Assembly (NCBI GenBank): GCA_965287045.1
Contig: OZ336882.1
Coordinates: forward strand, 45,942,001 to 46,006,000
Reading direction: 5' to 3'
Source: Carcharhinus amblyrhynchos
Taxonomy: Eukaryota
DNA length: 64,000 nucleotides
Shown: positions 1 to 11,115 of the stretch, piece by piece
How the letters are laid out: every line of letters starts with the position of its first letter
Numbering within the stretch: position 1 is the stretch's first letter
Program-made: the position numbers and the translations under genes
Notes under the pieces: generated by a model
What the model saw: only the letters and a program-made list of their open reading frames with translations
Databases searched by the model: none
What the model was told of the DNA's origin: nothing

Positions 1-281
1 TAAAAGTACTGATGAGACATTGACTCATATTTCCCACGCTGGTGTCTATAACTATTTTTGTATTTACTAATCAGGAATGCAATTAGCCATATCTGGATTC
101 CCAATTAACGACAATGGCTAAAGTATTGAATAACCCTGATTTAGAATTACAGTTGCTATAATAAAATGTGAAAATGGAATATAAAGAACATCACATTTAA
201 GTGGATAATAAACTCCAGCATAATCTTCGTGCAATCATAAAAGCAGGAAACAGGACGGTAACTGCTGGTTGCTACTATGAT

Positions 282-295
282 ATTGCTATGGAAAC
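282..295. promoter_or_regulatory. RFX X-box-like motif
   Basis: ATTGCT-AT-GGAAAC resembles the palindromic RFX site GTTGCC-AT-GGCAAC; extra half-sites GGTAAC and GTTGCT lie at 257-274. Confidence 0.3.
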
Positions 296-1251
296 AAGCA
301 CAATTTTTGCTCCAAGTGCATCCAGATGGTTGGCTGCGAAGAGGCAGACACTTTTCTCAGATACTTCCTCAGATGAGGCCGAAAATGTATTTTTAGCTTA
401 AGTTTCCTCCTCTGTCGTTGTAATTCTTATAATTCTTCCTCTTGGAAGAGGCTGCAGCAAGCTCCATTGGCTTCATTTCTGTCTTTTAGACTTGTTTGAA
501 AGGAAAAAATCCTTTTCTTACTCTGCAATTATGCCAAATTGTATATCATTACAAAAATTATAACCTTTTTTAATGTTGAAGTAGATTTCTTTCTGTAAAT
601 TATACTGCAGGACAGGAGTATCCAAGCTTTTATTTTCACAGGCCACACAGTTTCATGCAATGAAACCACAATGGTCAAAAAAGTTTCAGATTACGTTCTT
701 GTTGATTTGCATTTTTCAATCTTTCAACACTAATTGACCTTGGAGTTCTGATTTATGATTTATTTGCCAACAATGTCGCAGCTCTTTCCATCTTGAACCC
801 AAAATTCAAAGGACAAACCATTGCGTAAGCAATCTGAATGCAAACATTACTGAATTACCTGCTGTTCAGAATCACATGTGAGGGTTCAGGAGGCAATGTT
901 TGAACATACTTATTAATGGGATAAATACATGGGAGAGCCAATCTTACTGAGTTTAGGAATGAGAATTTTTAATGCATTAAACAAATAAAAAATAATGTGT
1001 TAGAAGTCTGCATCTTTTTAGTTTTTGCTAACTTTTTAAAAAATAGAGTTTAGAAAAAATCACAAACTCAACCATCTCACCCATAGTTACATTATTCTTC
1101 CCATTCAGAATATTGTCCTCTGTTGTTGCTATTGCCACGTGAACCTTTGTCTCAGAGGTTTTCAAGTATAGTTAGCACCAAAAGGAAAACATGGGCGTCG
1201 GCTATATTTAGTAAATCTCTAACCCTTCCAAGCCTCACTCAGGATTGCTAA

Positions 1252-1513
1252 TGTATAGAAATCTACAGTGCAGAAGGAAGCCATTCAGCCCATCGGGTCT
1301 GCACCAACCACAATCCCACCCAAGCCCTATCCCCATAACCCCATAAATTTACCCTAGCTAATCTCCCTGACACTAAGAGGCAATTTAGCATGGCCAATCA
1401 AGCTAACCTCCACACACTTTGGAGTGTGGGAGGAAACCAGAGCACCCGGAGGAAACCCACGCAGAAGCAGGGAGAATGTGCAAACTACACACACAGTGAT
1501 CTAAGCTGAGAAT
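1252..1513 (-). mobile_element. HE1-type SINE, 5'-truncated
   Basis: Reverse complement of the HE1 body and tail (ctacagtgcagaaggaagccattcagcccatc ... tgtgggaggaaaccagagcacccggaggaaacccacgcag); near-identical to the copies at 8601, 9773, 36499 and 62035. Confidence 0.9.
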
Positions 1514-3959
1514 CTCACACAGAGTCGGCACTTTCAGTAATCAGTACATTCAGTAATTCTGTTCTAGAATAACAAATGTTTTCATCACTTTGGTGGGCTA
1601 AATGTAATGGCGCATTCTGTTAACTTGACTCATATCAGTTATTGCTGAATATTTTCTTCTCATCATTGCTTTGCTTGAATAAGAACTTCCTAATGAATTC
1701 AAAATGGAGGACCTCTGGGGGAAAGTAACCATTATACTTAATAATTAAATTGATGTTGGACTTTGTATAATTTGAATACAATTAACCTTCGTCTACACTG
1801 TTGTCTCAGCAATCTCACTCTGATGCACAAAGGACAGCTGCCAGAATGAACAGATCCAGTAAACAAATAGCTTCCAGTTCATCCAAATATTTATACAGTC
1901 CTTGCAACTAAACAATAACTGTACCAAATATGTTTCACTTTTCCCGACATAGTGTCCAAGATTTCAGAAAATGATTCTATGGAAGAAGATACAATCAGTT
2001 AAATATGTTGGAGCTATTGTTGTAAGAGTGCAGGATTTGCGAATAGAGATCATGATCCCATTTACTGAATTGTACATCACAATCACACTGTCACAAAGGC
2101 GAGAAGGAAGTCCAAAGACATTTCAAAGAGCTATGAGTTCATAAGGAATAAAACTATTAATGTCTCCTTCTCTATGACCACACACATGTTATCTGATATA
2201 TGCATCACATCAACATTTTATTTATGCATATATTGATGCTGCTGCAAATATATTTGGGGGCTGGGGTTTCAGTAGCCCTGCTTGCTGCTAGCAGGAATCC
2301 CGATGTCCAGCTGAATGGTTCATCAGGGCTAAAATGGGGATTGCCACCAGGTGTCAAAGCATTTCCAATTCACCTGGCCTGCTCTGCCAGTCCTGATCAG
2401 ATTTCCAATCAGAGAGAGTGGGAGCCTAATGATTGTTCCCAAGTGTTGAGTTAAATGTCATTAGTGGGCTTGAAGCCCAGTTCAGTGCCCTAGTACCATT
2501 CACCCTCTTCCCAAGTAGGAACTGCACTGGTGGGCTTTGGTGTTGGTCATAACCAGTGTGGACCTGGCATGTTGAATCCTGGAAGTGGGAAGGGGGGTTA
2601 AGGAGGTAAGTGCAGTGCCCATGTGCTCCTCTAACGCTGCCAGGCTACAGAGGATGGGTCCCTCAAAAGTCCTGGGGTTTGAGTGGGCACAGGCTTGGAG
2701 TGACTTTGGCATTTCCTCCTGATATGTGATTCTAGTGGCTAGAATGCCCCTTCTAGTGTTAGGATATCTGAACATCATGCTTGGCCTGGTGATTTCAGAC
2801 ATCTCTCTATCAAAGTCTTCAATTTGGTCAATGGACTGTAAGAACTTTGAAGTGGCCTGGACACTTTAATCTCCATGCTTTTTGGACATCTAGCACTCTT
2901 TCAAATCACAGCAGCACTCCATTCTGCTAAAGAGATTCCCCTTTCTCTCTGACAGAAGCTGCAGGTGTGGGAAGACCCCTTTCAAGTCCTCTGACTGACA
3001 GGAGAAGCAATTTTCACTGGGGATGGGGGGGTGGAAGGGAGGATTTCCTTCGCCACAACTGCCCCTCAGCCCCATATTTTTAAACTGCACTTATGCCAAG
3101 TCTCAGAGCCTTCCTAGAAAGCACAAATGCTTGTAAATCCTTTGAACTTCTTTGCTTTCCTCTGAAAAACTTTGTTTTCATTCAGTTTTATGCTGCAGTC
3201 TAGCAAGACTGCATTGCTTGACAGCTTAATGGTATTTGCACAGCATGCAGTGTTTATATTTCCCTTTCTTTGCTTTCATTTTATTGTCTCAATGCAAACA
3301 CTTTTCTTCCCCCATCTCCCACACCGGACCGTCCATCTCTTGATCTTAAGGTTGCTACAGCTTGTTGCAACCTCTCCTGGATATAGTTTCATATCCAATG
3401 CAGTGTCTTTGTCCTTATTTCTGATGAAGGGTCAGATGGTCTTGAAAAAATGGACGGGACTTTCCACCCACCCACCCCCTCATCACAGCGCTTTGTTGGA
3501 GCCAGTAATTCAAATGACCTCCATAACTCACGCATGCACAAAACCCCGGCCTGACTCCAGTCCTGCCCCTGCAAAAATGGGAAATAGCATATTTGGAGAC
3601 AGGACTTTAAAAAACTGGGATTCGTCATGTTGGAGAGCAAAAGCCTCAGGCGTAACCAGAACCGCTCCATCATAGTGAAAATCTGGGCTGCAGTGTAATC
3701 TTATTTCTGTGGCACCATTTTAGTAAACTTAGACTGTATCCTTACTGTTTTTGTTTCTTTGCTATAGTGCGTATGCAAAGCTGCACAGAATGACCCAACT
3801 ACTTCAAATGAAGTTTTGTACAAATTCAGCATTACCTTCCTTGTTTTTATTAAGGATTCTGTTTGTCATTTTAACACCTTTAATAACCTGTGTGTGCACT
3901 GAAATCCCAGTACTTAAACCAAATTATAAGATAATGTTCCTTCCCTTCTCCTTCCTTCC

Positions 3960-4350
3960 AGAATGACTTCACCACTTTTCTACATTAAGCTACATCTGTC
4001 ATTATCCACCCACGTTCCTGCCGTTTGTGTGACAATTTTTTGACGCTGCCAGTTTGATCTCACCAGCATAACTTCTGTAACGTTTCCACAGTTCTTAAAA
4101 CGAGGTCATAGAAACAGTCCCATGTTAGACTTCTGTGCAATTCCCCTCCTTATTTGTCTTCAGTCTGAGAAACTTTTGCCACTGGCCTTTGGTTCCTGTG
4201 CTCCGACCTCAGAACCTTTTTGGAAATTGTGTCACATAGTTCCAGACAGCTCCTCATTCTCTGTCTGCACTGTAGTTTCATCCAACATCCTGCTGTTAGG
4301 GCTGCTGAGTATTGGCAGCATTTCCTGTCATTATTTACCTTTATCTTGAT
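3960..4350 (-). mobile_element. Highly decayed CR1-type LINE RT fragment
   Basis: Antisense CR1-like segments (cacttttctacattaagctacatctgtcatt; ttttggaaattgtgtcacata); no intact ORF. Confidence 0.4.
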
Positions 4351-5627
4351 CATTCTCTTCGTGTAATAAATCTGAAAAAAAACCTTTTTACTTGTCTTCA
4401 CATTATTCTTTCTAACTCCCTTGGCCTTTCGATTCCCCCATTTTATAACTCTCTTGGCTTGTTTACACATTTGTCCTTTTGCTCTTATTATGTGCTGTGC
4501 CCGCCCCACACTGTCCCCCCGCTCCGGGCAGGCGGCAGTCAGGATTTTTTCCAGATACCAATCCCACCACTGAAGGTGGGGAGGAGGGGGGCAGAGTGGA
4601 AAATAATCACTTGCTGTCATTTTCATGGTTGCGCCCCAATAATTGGCCTGCAGGCGGGCTCACCATCTACTTAAGGTTGGTAGCTGGACCCTCCAGACTG
4701 GACAGTGCATCAGAGGCCTTTCAGCTTGAAAGGAGCAGCAGACTGCAATCGAGGGTAAGTGAAGGAGAGGGTATTTCGAGATGAAGGAACCCTCGCTCCA
4801 ACTTTTTAAAAACCTTCAATTAAAAAAATGGATTTTTGCGTCATGGCTGCTGCTGTGGAGGGCTGAAGAAGAGCCGTCTAGAGGGCGACCTCTGGTTGCT
4901 TCTCCACCCTAAAAATGGCCCAGAGGTGGGATGAAGCTGGAGTAACAGCAGGGCTATTTTTCACCTCCCAGCCCAACCCCAATGTGGATTCAAAATTCTA
5001 AATGTTTCTTTGATAGATTTTAATTTGTTGTAATTTCCTTGTTAATCCACAGAGCTACATACAGGCTTTTATGTAATCCCTCTCCCTCACTGATGTATCA
5101 TTTGCTTAAACATTTCCTTTGGCGATTTGATTTGCGAAACCTTCCTTCTATTTAATTTTGTTCAGGTCCTTTTATACTTTGCTGTAATTTTTCTGGTGAA
5201 GTTTCTTGCTCTCAACTTTTTAAAAAACTTTTCTGTTTTTAACTTAACTATATTGTGGTCACTGCCTTGTAAATATTCCCCTTTTACAGTGAATTCTTAG
5301 CATTTAATTTATTCTTCATCAATGCATTTATACCACCGGGGGCAATGTGAATATTAAGTATCAGCAAAATGGGTCTGAGCTAAAATGTAAATACTCATGT
5401 CTGCATACTTTGGATCTGTAATTTCAGATTTACATCTGTGGATAACATTTAACTCAAGTGCAAAGTTTATCCTTCCAACTCTTTTGACTGTGAAAAAGGA
5501 TAACATCAAGATTTAAGGCTTGAAGCAGGAACACTGCAAGGCATGCTGACATTTACCTATTACTTTGAACAGCAGAGGATGCCATAGCAACTCAGTGGCC
5601 AAAATAAGCAGGCACTTTGTGAAAAGA

Positions 5628-5885
5628 TAAAAGCAAAATACTGCAAGTGCTGAAGATCCGAAACAAAGACTGGAAAAACTCATCAGGTTTGGCAACGTCT
5701 GTGGAGAGGGAAACCAAGTTAATATTTTGAGTCCGTATGACTTCAGAACTGGAGAGATAGAAATAAAATTTCTATTAATTTCTACTTCTCAGTTCCTCAG
5801 AGACATGCAGACTTGAAACGTTGACATCTCTTTCCACAGACGTTGCAAAATCTGCTGAGCTTTTCCAGCAATTTCTGTTTTTACT
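5628..5885. mobile_element. Inverted pair of Penelope-like terminal repeats (family A)
   Basis: Left arm ctggaaaaactcatcaggtttggcaacgtctgtggagag is the near reverse complement of right arm ctctttccacagacgttgcaaaatctgctgagcttttccag; same family as 15360, 32130, 33685 and 53615. Confidence 0.7.
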
Positions 5886-6077
5886 TTGCAAAAAGAAACA
5901 GTTGAAAAGGCTTGATTAGCTTAGTAAATAGAGAAGTAAGAAATGAACTGAACTATTTGTGTTTAGTTCAAATAAATCAGTAGAGTTACATCTATATGCA
6001 TGTGATCTTGCCTGAAAGAAAGATGTGATTATGTCATGATGTGCATCATAAACTCCCTGCATAGATAGCAGCTTAAA

Positions 6078-6206
6078 TAGTTTAAAGTTTATTTATTAGT
6101 GTCACAAGTAGGCTTACATTAAAACTGCAATGAAGTTACTTTGACAATCTCCTAGAAGCCACACTCCAGCGCCTGCACTGAGGGAGAATTTAGCATGGCC
6201 AATGCA
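6078..6206 (-). mobile_element. 3' part of SINE with HE1-like body and alternative tail
   Basis: aaagtttatttattagtgtcacaagtaggcttacattaaaactgcaatgaagttac is the reverse complement of the tails at 53560-53612 and 57100-57150; it joins tttagcatggccaat, which is shared with HE1. Confidence 0.8.
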
Positions 6207-6789
6207 GATACAAATTGTAATTGCAATTGTAATGTTGGTGTAAATGTACAGCTTGACTATCTTGTGAAACATTCACGGGTTACAATCTTGTTCCTAGATG
6301 TGACTCTCAACAGTAAAATGTGGAATATCCTGACCTACTCCATCACACACAATTCCTCTGGAATTACTGACCCAACATTGTCATTTGTTTATTTTTCTGC
6401 TTTAGGCTTCAGACGATAGCAGTGCTGCACATTGCCAGCTGGTATCACAAGGTGTGCACCTCAGTGTAATACTTGATTACAGTGTAATCCTTGACTTGAG
6501 CTCTAACACTCACAAATCACCATTTCTTATCATTGCTCCAGCTGGAATTTATAAAGTATCTCTAAAGACAAAAATGGTGATTATTGATAGCATTATTGAA
6601 GCAACTTAAGATGGTTATTGAACTTAAGGGTGTGAGGCAGCTCAGTTGAAATGTTTGATAAAGGATAATTAACCTGGCAGAAAGGACTAGAGAAGCTTCT
6701 GGAATGTTATATTAGCCGAGAGTTCCAGAAATGATCAAATTGTGTGAGCTGCTGATGCATATACTCATCAGCATGATCCCTTCTTTATT

Positions 6790-7055
6790 GTTAATTCTTT
6801 CACTGGATATGGGCATCACTGGCGAGACCAGCATTTATTGCCCATTGCTAATTACCTGTGAGAAGGTGATGGTAAGTTGCATACTTGAAATGCCTGAGAT
6901 GTAGATACACCCACTGTGCTGTTAGGAAGAGATTTCCATAACATTGACCCTAGCAACAGTGAAGGAATGATGCAATATTTTTCCAAATCAGGATGGTGAG
7001 TGACTGAAGGATAATCTCCAGGTGATAGTGCTCCCTGGCATCTGCATTTCTTGCA
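6790..7055 (-). mobile_element. CR1-like LINE 3' end
   Basis: gggcatcactggcgagaccagcatttattgcccattgctaattacc is the reverse complement of the tail type seen at 29605-29700 and 33170-33215. Confidence 0.65.
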
Positions 7056-7129
7056 GAGGTTACTGCTCTGAACACAATACAGAGTTTAAAGTGACTAAAA
7101 TCACCACAAATACATATCAATCCATGTTT

Positions 7130-9530
7130 CTACATCACAGGTACAATCGGCATGGCCCAATCACTCATAATAATGGATTTGAGGACACCCATTTTTACTA
7201 GTCTTTCTAATTCTGCCTCTACTTTAGGTCTAATTAGGTTTGGTACTGACCTAGCCTCTTGACTTGACTTTTATCTTCAATTTTAACTTGATTGAAATCT
7301 CCTTTCCCAACTCCCCATCAAAGAAAATGGCATGTTTCTTTAAAATCTTCAGTTGGCCTGCTTCGGAATCTGACATGAGAATTATCTCAGCCCAGTTTAA
7401 TTTGATCTTTTCCAGCCAGGTTTTCCCCATTAATGTTGGATAGTTTCCTTTAACAATGTGCAGGGACGAGTCTGTGGTCTGTCCATTCTACTGCATGTTT
7501 ACATCAATATGGCCCCTCAATGGAATGAATTTTCCAAAATAGATTTTTAATGTTATCTTTGAGGGTTTCAAAGCAATACATGTGGCTTTTCTTGGTAAAC
7601 AGTTTCTGTTTCCAAGAAAACTGCTGCTCCAGTGTCCGCCTTCATTTTCACTGGTTGTCCGTCCAGTATAGGGGGTGACATAGCATTGGTTTGTTGCACC
7701 AGCAATAGCCAGTATATTCATCCTCTGACTGTGACTGTGGATTTTTTTGGACTCTTTTCGAATCACATAAATACTTCTCCCTCTCGGTTTTCCATAAAAT
7801 GCATTTGGTTCCTGCTTCAAACTCGTCATTCCTTTCACCAACAAGCACATTCGATATGCCCTCCCTGCCACAATTTCTGCACTTTACGGGCGGGCTTTTA
7901 CAGCCATGCTCAACAATGTCAGAAATTCTCGCTCAAGATCAACAGACATTTCTGTTGTCCGTTCTTCACCTGCTCCGATTCCGTGGTGGGTGAGGTGGTA
8001 GAATTCCAGTGTATGTCTCTGGTGCATGCCCAGTTTTTGCACATGGATGGCAATCTCGCACCTGTATCTGTGTTCAAGTCTCAGCCAACATTTATGGATT
8101 CTAGTGCTTGAACTTAACTGCTGAGCTTCCTTGGCTGCCAATTTCATGGAGACCGTGACTTCTAAAGCCTTCTTTCACTTTAGGTTGCGTTCTGTTAACA
8201 ACAGCTTTTGGATAGCTTAGTTTCTTAACCCACACGTTAGTTCGTCCCTAATGGTGTCGTTCAAGGTATCCCTGAATTCACAGTATTCAGCTAATATCTT
8301 CAGAGTAGTTGCAAACTGTGTGATTGATTCACCTTCTTGTTGGTTACGTTTATGGATCCTGAACCTCTCACTGATGACTAAAGGTTTAGGTGAGAAGTGG
8401 CCCTGCATCATTTCCATTATTTCATCACTGGCTTTCGAGCCTGGCTTTTCCAGCTGTACCAGACCCCTTATAAAGCTAAATATTTTCTCCCCCTATTGTG
8501 CTCAGAAAAGTTGAGACTACAATATCTACTGCAATTTTATTCCTTTAGATAAGGTCATTGAATCTTTCAGTATATGAGCTCCACTGCTCGGGATCTCATC
8601 ATAGAATCATAGATCAGTCATAGATTCTATGATGAGAACCCATCAGCCCATCGAGACTGCACCAAATACAATCCCACCCAAACCCTACCCCCGTATCCCT
8701 ACATATTTTATCCACTAATGCCACTAACCTGCACATCTCAGGACACTAAGGGGCAATTTTTAGCATGGCCAATCAACCTAACCTGCACATCTTTGGACTG
8801 TGGGAGGAAACCAGAGTACCCATAGGAAATCCACGCAGACACAAGGAGAATGTGCAATCTCCACACAGACAGTGACCCGAGCCGGGAATTGAACCCAGGT
8901 CCCTGGAGCTGTGAAGCAGCAGTGTTAACCACTGTGCTACCGTGCCACCCCAGGAACATCCCGCCATTTTATACTTTGGAAAGAACTTGCATAAGTACCG
9001 GAAGATCGTTTAGTACTACCTCACTTCCTTTTCAAACAAGGTACCCCTGATCTCAGCTTCTTTCCTTCTAGGTTTTGCACCATCCCCACCTTAAAACTTA
9101 TTGTTGCAGGGTGCTACTCACAGTGCTCCCTATTCCAATCCAGATCTTTCCAGGCAGAACATTAGGCGAGCTCCTTTTCGGTGTTGTTTCCCTGAAATCT
9201 GCATTTACATTTCAGTTCCTTCGATGGCTGTTGCCATTATTCTGCAGCCCTCCATCGCCAGTTTTGGTGCAGTGATTTATTTTTAAATTTTCTGGATATC
9301 TGCAGAATGGACTGCCAATTTTTCTCTCGTTCCACTGGATTTCTGCAATTCTTTTTTGAGGCTTTTGTAGCATGGATCAACCACCTCGTCACCGGTTTTC
9401 TTTGCGGTATTTTTAAAGGATACAAACAAACAAGAGCTTTATCAGAAAGGGCTTTACTTTACAGGCTATTAGAAAAGACTTCCCATTTGCCCATGCAAAC
9501 AGTCAATGGTATCATCAAGATTTCATAGAT
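7130..9530 (-). mobile_element. Decayed Ty3/Gypsy LTR retrotransposon (putative LTR end and PBS, gag, aspartic protease, start of RT), interrupted by an HE1 SINE
   Basis: Minus-strand translations: gag HFSPKPLVISERFRIHKRNQQEGESITQF...LAEYCEFRDTLNDTIRD (8217-8417); zinc knuckle CRNCGRE(G)HIECAC (7842-7881); protease GQPVKMKADTGAA (DTG at 7628-7636); LHIVKGNYPTLMGKTWLEKIKLNW; RT start VEAELERLVKMGVL..SDWAMPIVPV. Probable gag ATG at 8967; PBS-like CGGTGACGAGG at 9384-9394. Many stops and frameshifts. Confidence 0.88.
8601..8950 (-). mobile_element. Full-length HE1-type SINE inserted in Gypsy gag
   Basis: Ends in cgtgccaccc, the reverse complement of the tRNA-derived head; B-box-like GGTTCAATTCC on the minus strand; HE1 body and catagaat tail. 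Confidence 0.93.
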
Positions 9531-9574
9531 TGATCCCTTAATGTGCCCTTGTTCTGCACACCTTCAAATAACAC

Positions 9575-9652
9575 CATCTGCCTTGGTGGGATTCAAACCC
9601 TGGATCTCTGGATCACTAGTCCAGTAACAATACCAAAGTGCCACTGCCTCTC
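9575..9652 (-). mobile_element. Head fragment of tRNA-derived SINE (family of 32889)
   Basis: caccatctgccttggtgggattcaaaccc...ctggatcactagtccagtaacaatacc matches the reverse complement of 32889-32990. Confidence 0.6.
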
Positions 9653-9772
9653 TCAAAGGTGCTGATGGTGCTTTGAGGATTAAAAAGTGGTTTTGGTTCT
9701 GTCTATGATGCAACCTGGTCAACCTAATGAACCACTGTCTTAAGATGGCTTGACAAATGGTAGATAATTCTT

Positions 9773-10111
9773 GGGTGGCATGGTAGCACAGTGGTTAGCA
9801 CTGTTGCTTCACAGCTCCAGGGATCTGGGTTTGACTCCCAGTTTGGGTCACTGTCTGTGTGGAGTTTGCACATTCTCCTCGTGTCTGCGTGGGTTTCCTG
9901 TGGGCGCTCCAATTTCCTCCCACAGTCCAAAGGTATGCGGGTTAGGTTGATTAGCCATGATAAAAATTGCCCTTAGTGTCCTGAGATGTGTAAGTTACAG
10001 GATTAGTGGATAAATATGTAGGGATATGGGGTTAGGGCCTGGGTGAGATTGTGGTCGATGCAGACTCAATGGGCTAAATGGCCTCTTCCTGTACTGTAGG
10101 GTTTCTATGAC
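9773..10111 (+). mobile_element. Full-length HE1-type SINE
   Basis: gggtggcatggtagcacagtggttagcactg head, HE1 body, tail ctgtagggtttctatga; candidate TSD TTCTTG at 9768-9773 and 10112-10117. Confidence 0.93.
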
Positions 10112-10974
10112 TTCTTGACCTACCTTCCCGCTTTTCAAAAGAAAATTAGTTTGAATATGGAGAAGGGAGACATAAGTATAAATGGAAGTTGGAGCATTCA
10201 AATTGTACTTTAGCGCAGAAATTGTAAATTATAAATTTACAGTTATAAATTGTAATTATACATTGTATTTTGGAAAAATGCTTAATTGATATTTAATGAA
10301 TGAGAATATTGAAGAGCAAATAAAAGGCTTGACCAAAGTATGATTGACTTCTTACATTTTTCTTTGCAATTGCCTTTAAGATGTTTTACTTCAATAATTT
10401 TTAGAACTAATATTACAGCAGTACCAGTAATTTTAATGTTTTGAGCAGCTTAATTGATGTAATTATTTTCAGCACTTTACAGCACAAGAACTGAAGAAAT
10501 CAAATCAGACATTCCAAAAAAGAATCCACTGACAGCCTTAAACATTAATTATGTTTTTACTTTCTAAATCTGAACATTTCAATGTGTAACTAAATAATTG
10601 CATACTCTGTTTAACTGCTAACCAAAGTAAATCTGGAAAGTGCGAGTGGAGTGAATCTTGGTGCTGCTTGCTAACCACACAATACTAATGTCAGAGAAAG
10701 GAGGATTCTCTCTGTCTGTGAGGCCAAACAAAATGCACAAATAACAACTGTTTATTTTGGTGTATTGTGACTATGTTCTGCGATTCAGGGGGTTTTACTT
10801 TGTGTTAAATAGTTTTCACTATTTTCACTAATACTGTAAGCTTGGTGTTCTGCTGAGTTGGTCTCCATGGCTGAGTAAGTAATGGGGAAATTGCTTCACA
10901 GGGAGGACTTTTGGAAATGGAATTGCTTTGCTGCAAGGAATGGTAGAGGGGTAGAAAGTTGGCTCTTTTAAGAG

Positions 10975-11115
10975 TAAATCAGATAGGAATTTGAAACTGG
11001 AAAAAGTGGAAGGGTCTTGGAAGAGGCTGGGCAGTGGGCTTCGTGTCAGATCAATCTAGCAAGGTGTTAACAGGGACATGTTGGTTAAATTACCTCCTTC
11101 TTCGAATTATGGAAT
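10975..11115 (+). mobile_element. Decayed CR1 3' end
   Basis: agataggaatttgaaa...gggacatgttggttaaattacctccttct, typical of a CR1 3' UTR. Confidence 0.45.

Noticed and set aside
370-384. cagatgaggccgaaa resembles the textbook hammerhead string CTGATGAGGCCGAAA
   Set aside because: The core reads CAGATGA, there is no second GGCC to close stem II, and no flanking stems or PLE context; likely chance.
3172-3675. 167-aa ORF
   Set aside because: Non-ATG start, low-complexity hydrophobic translation, overlaps a MITE-like segment, no recognisable domain.
8738-9050. Recurrent similar small ORFs (also at 9724, 36410, 38012, 61945) suggesting a gene family
   Set aside because: They are translations of HE1 SINE copies.
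9773-9850. tRNA-like A/B boxes (also at 25122, 32889, 36499)
   Set aside because: These are SINE heads continuing into SINE bodies, not tRNA genes.
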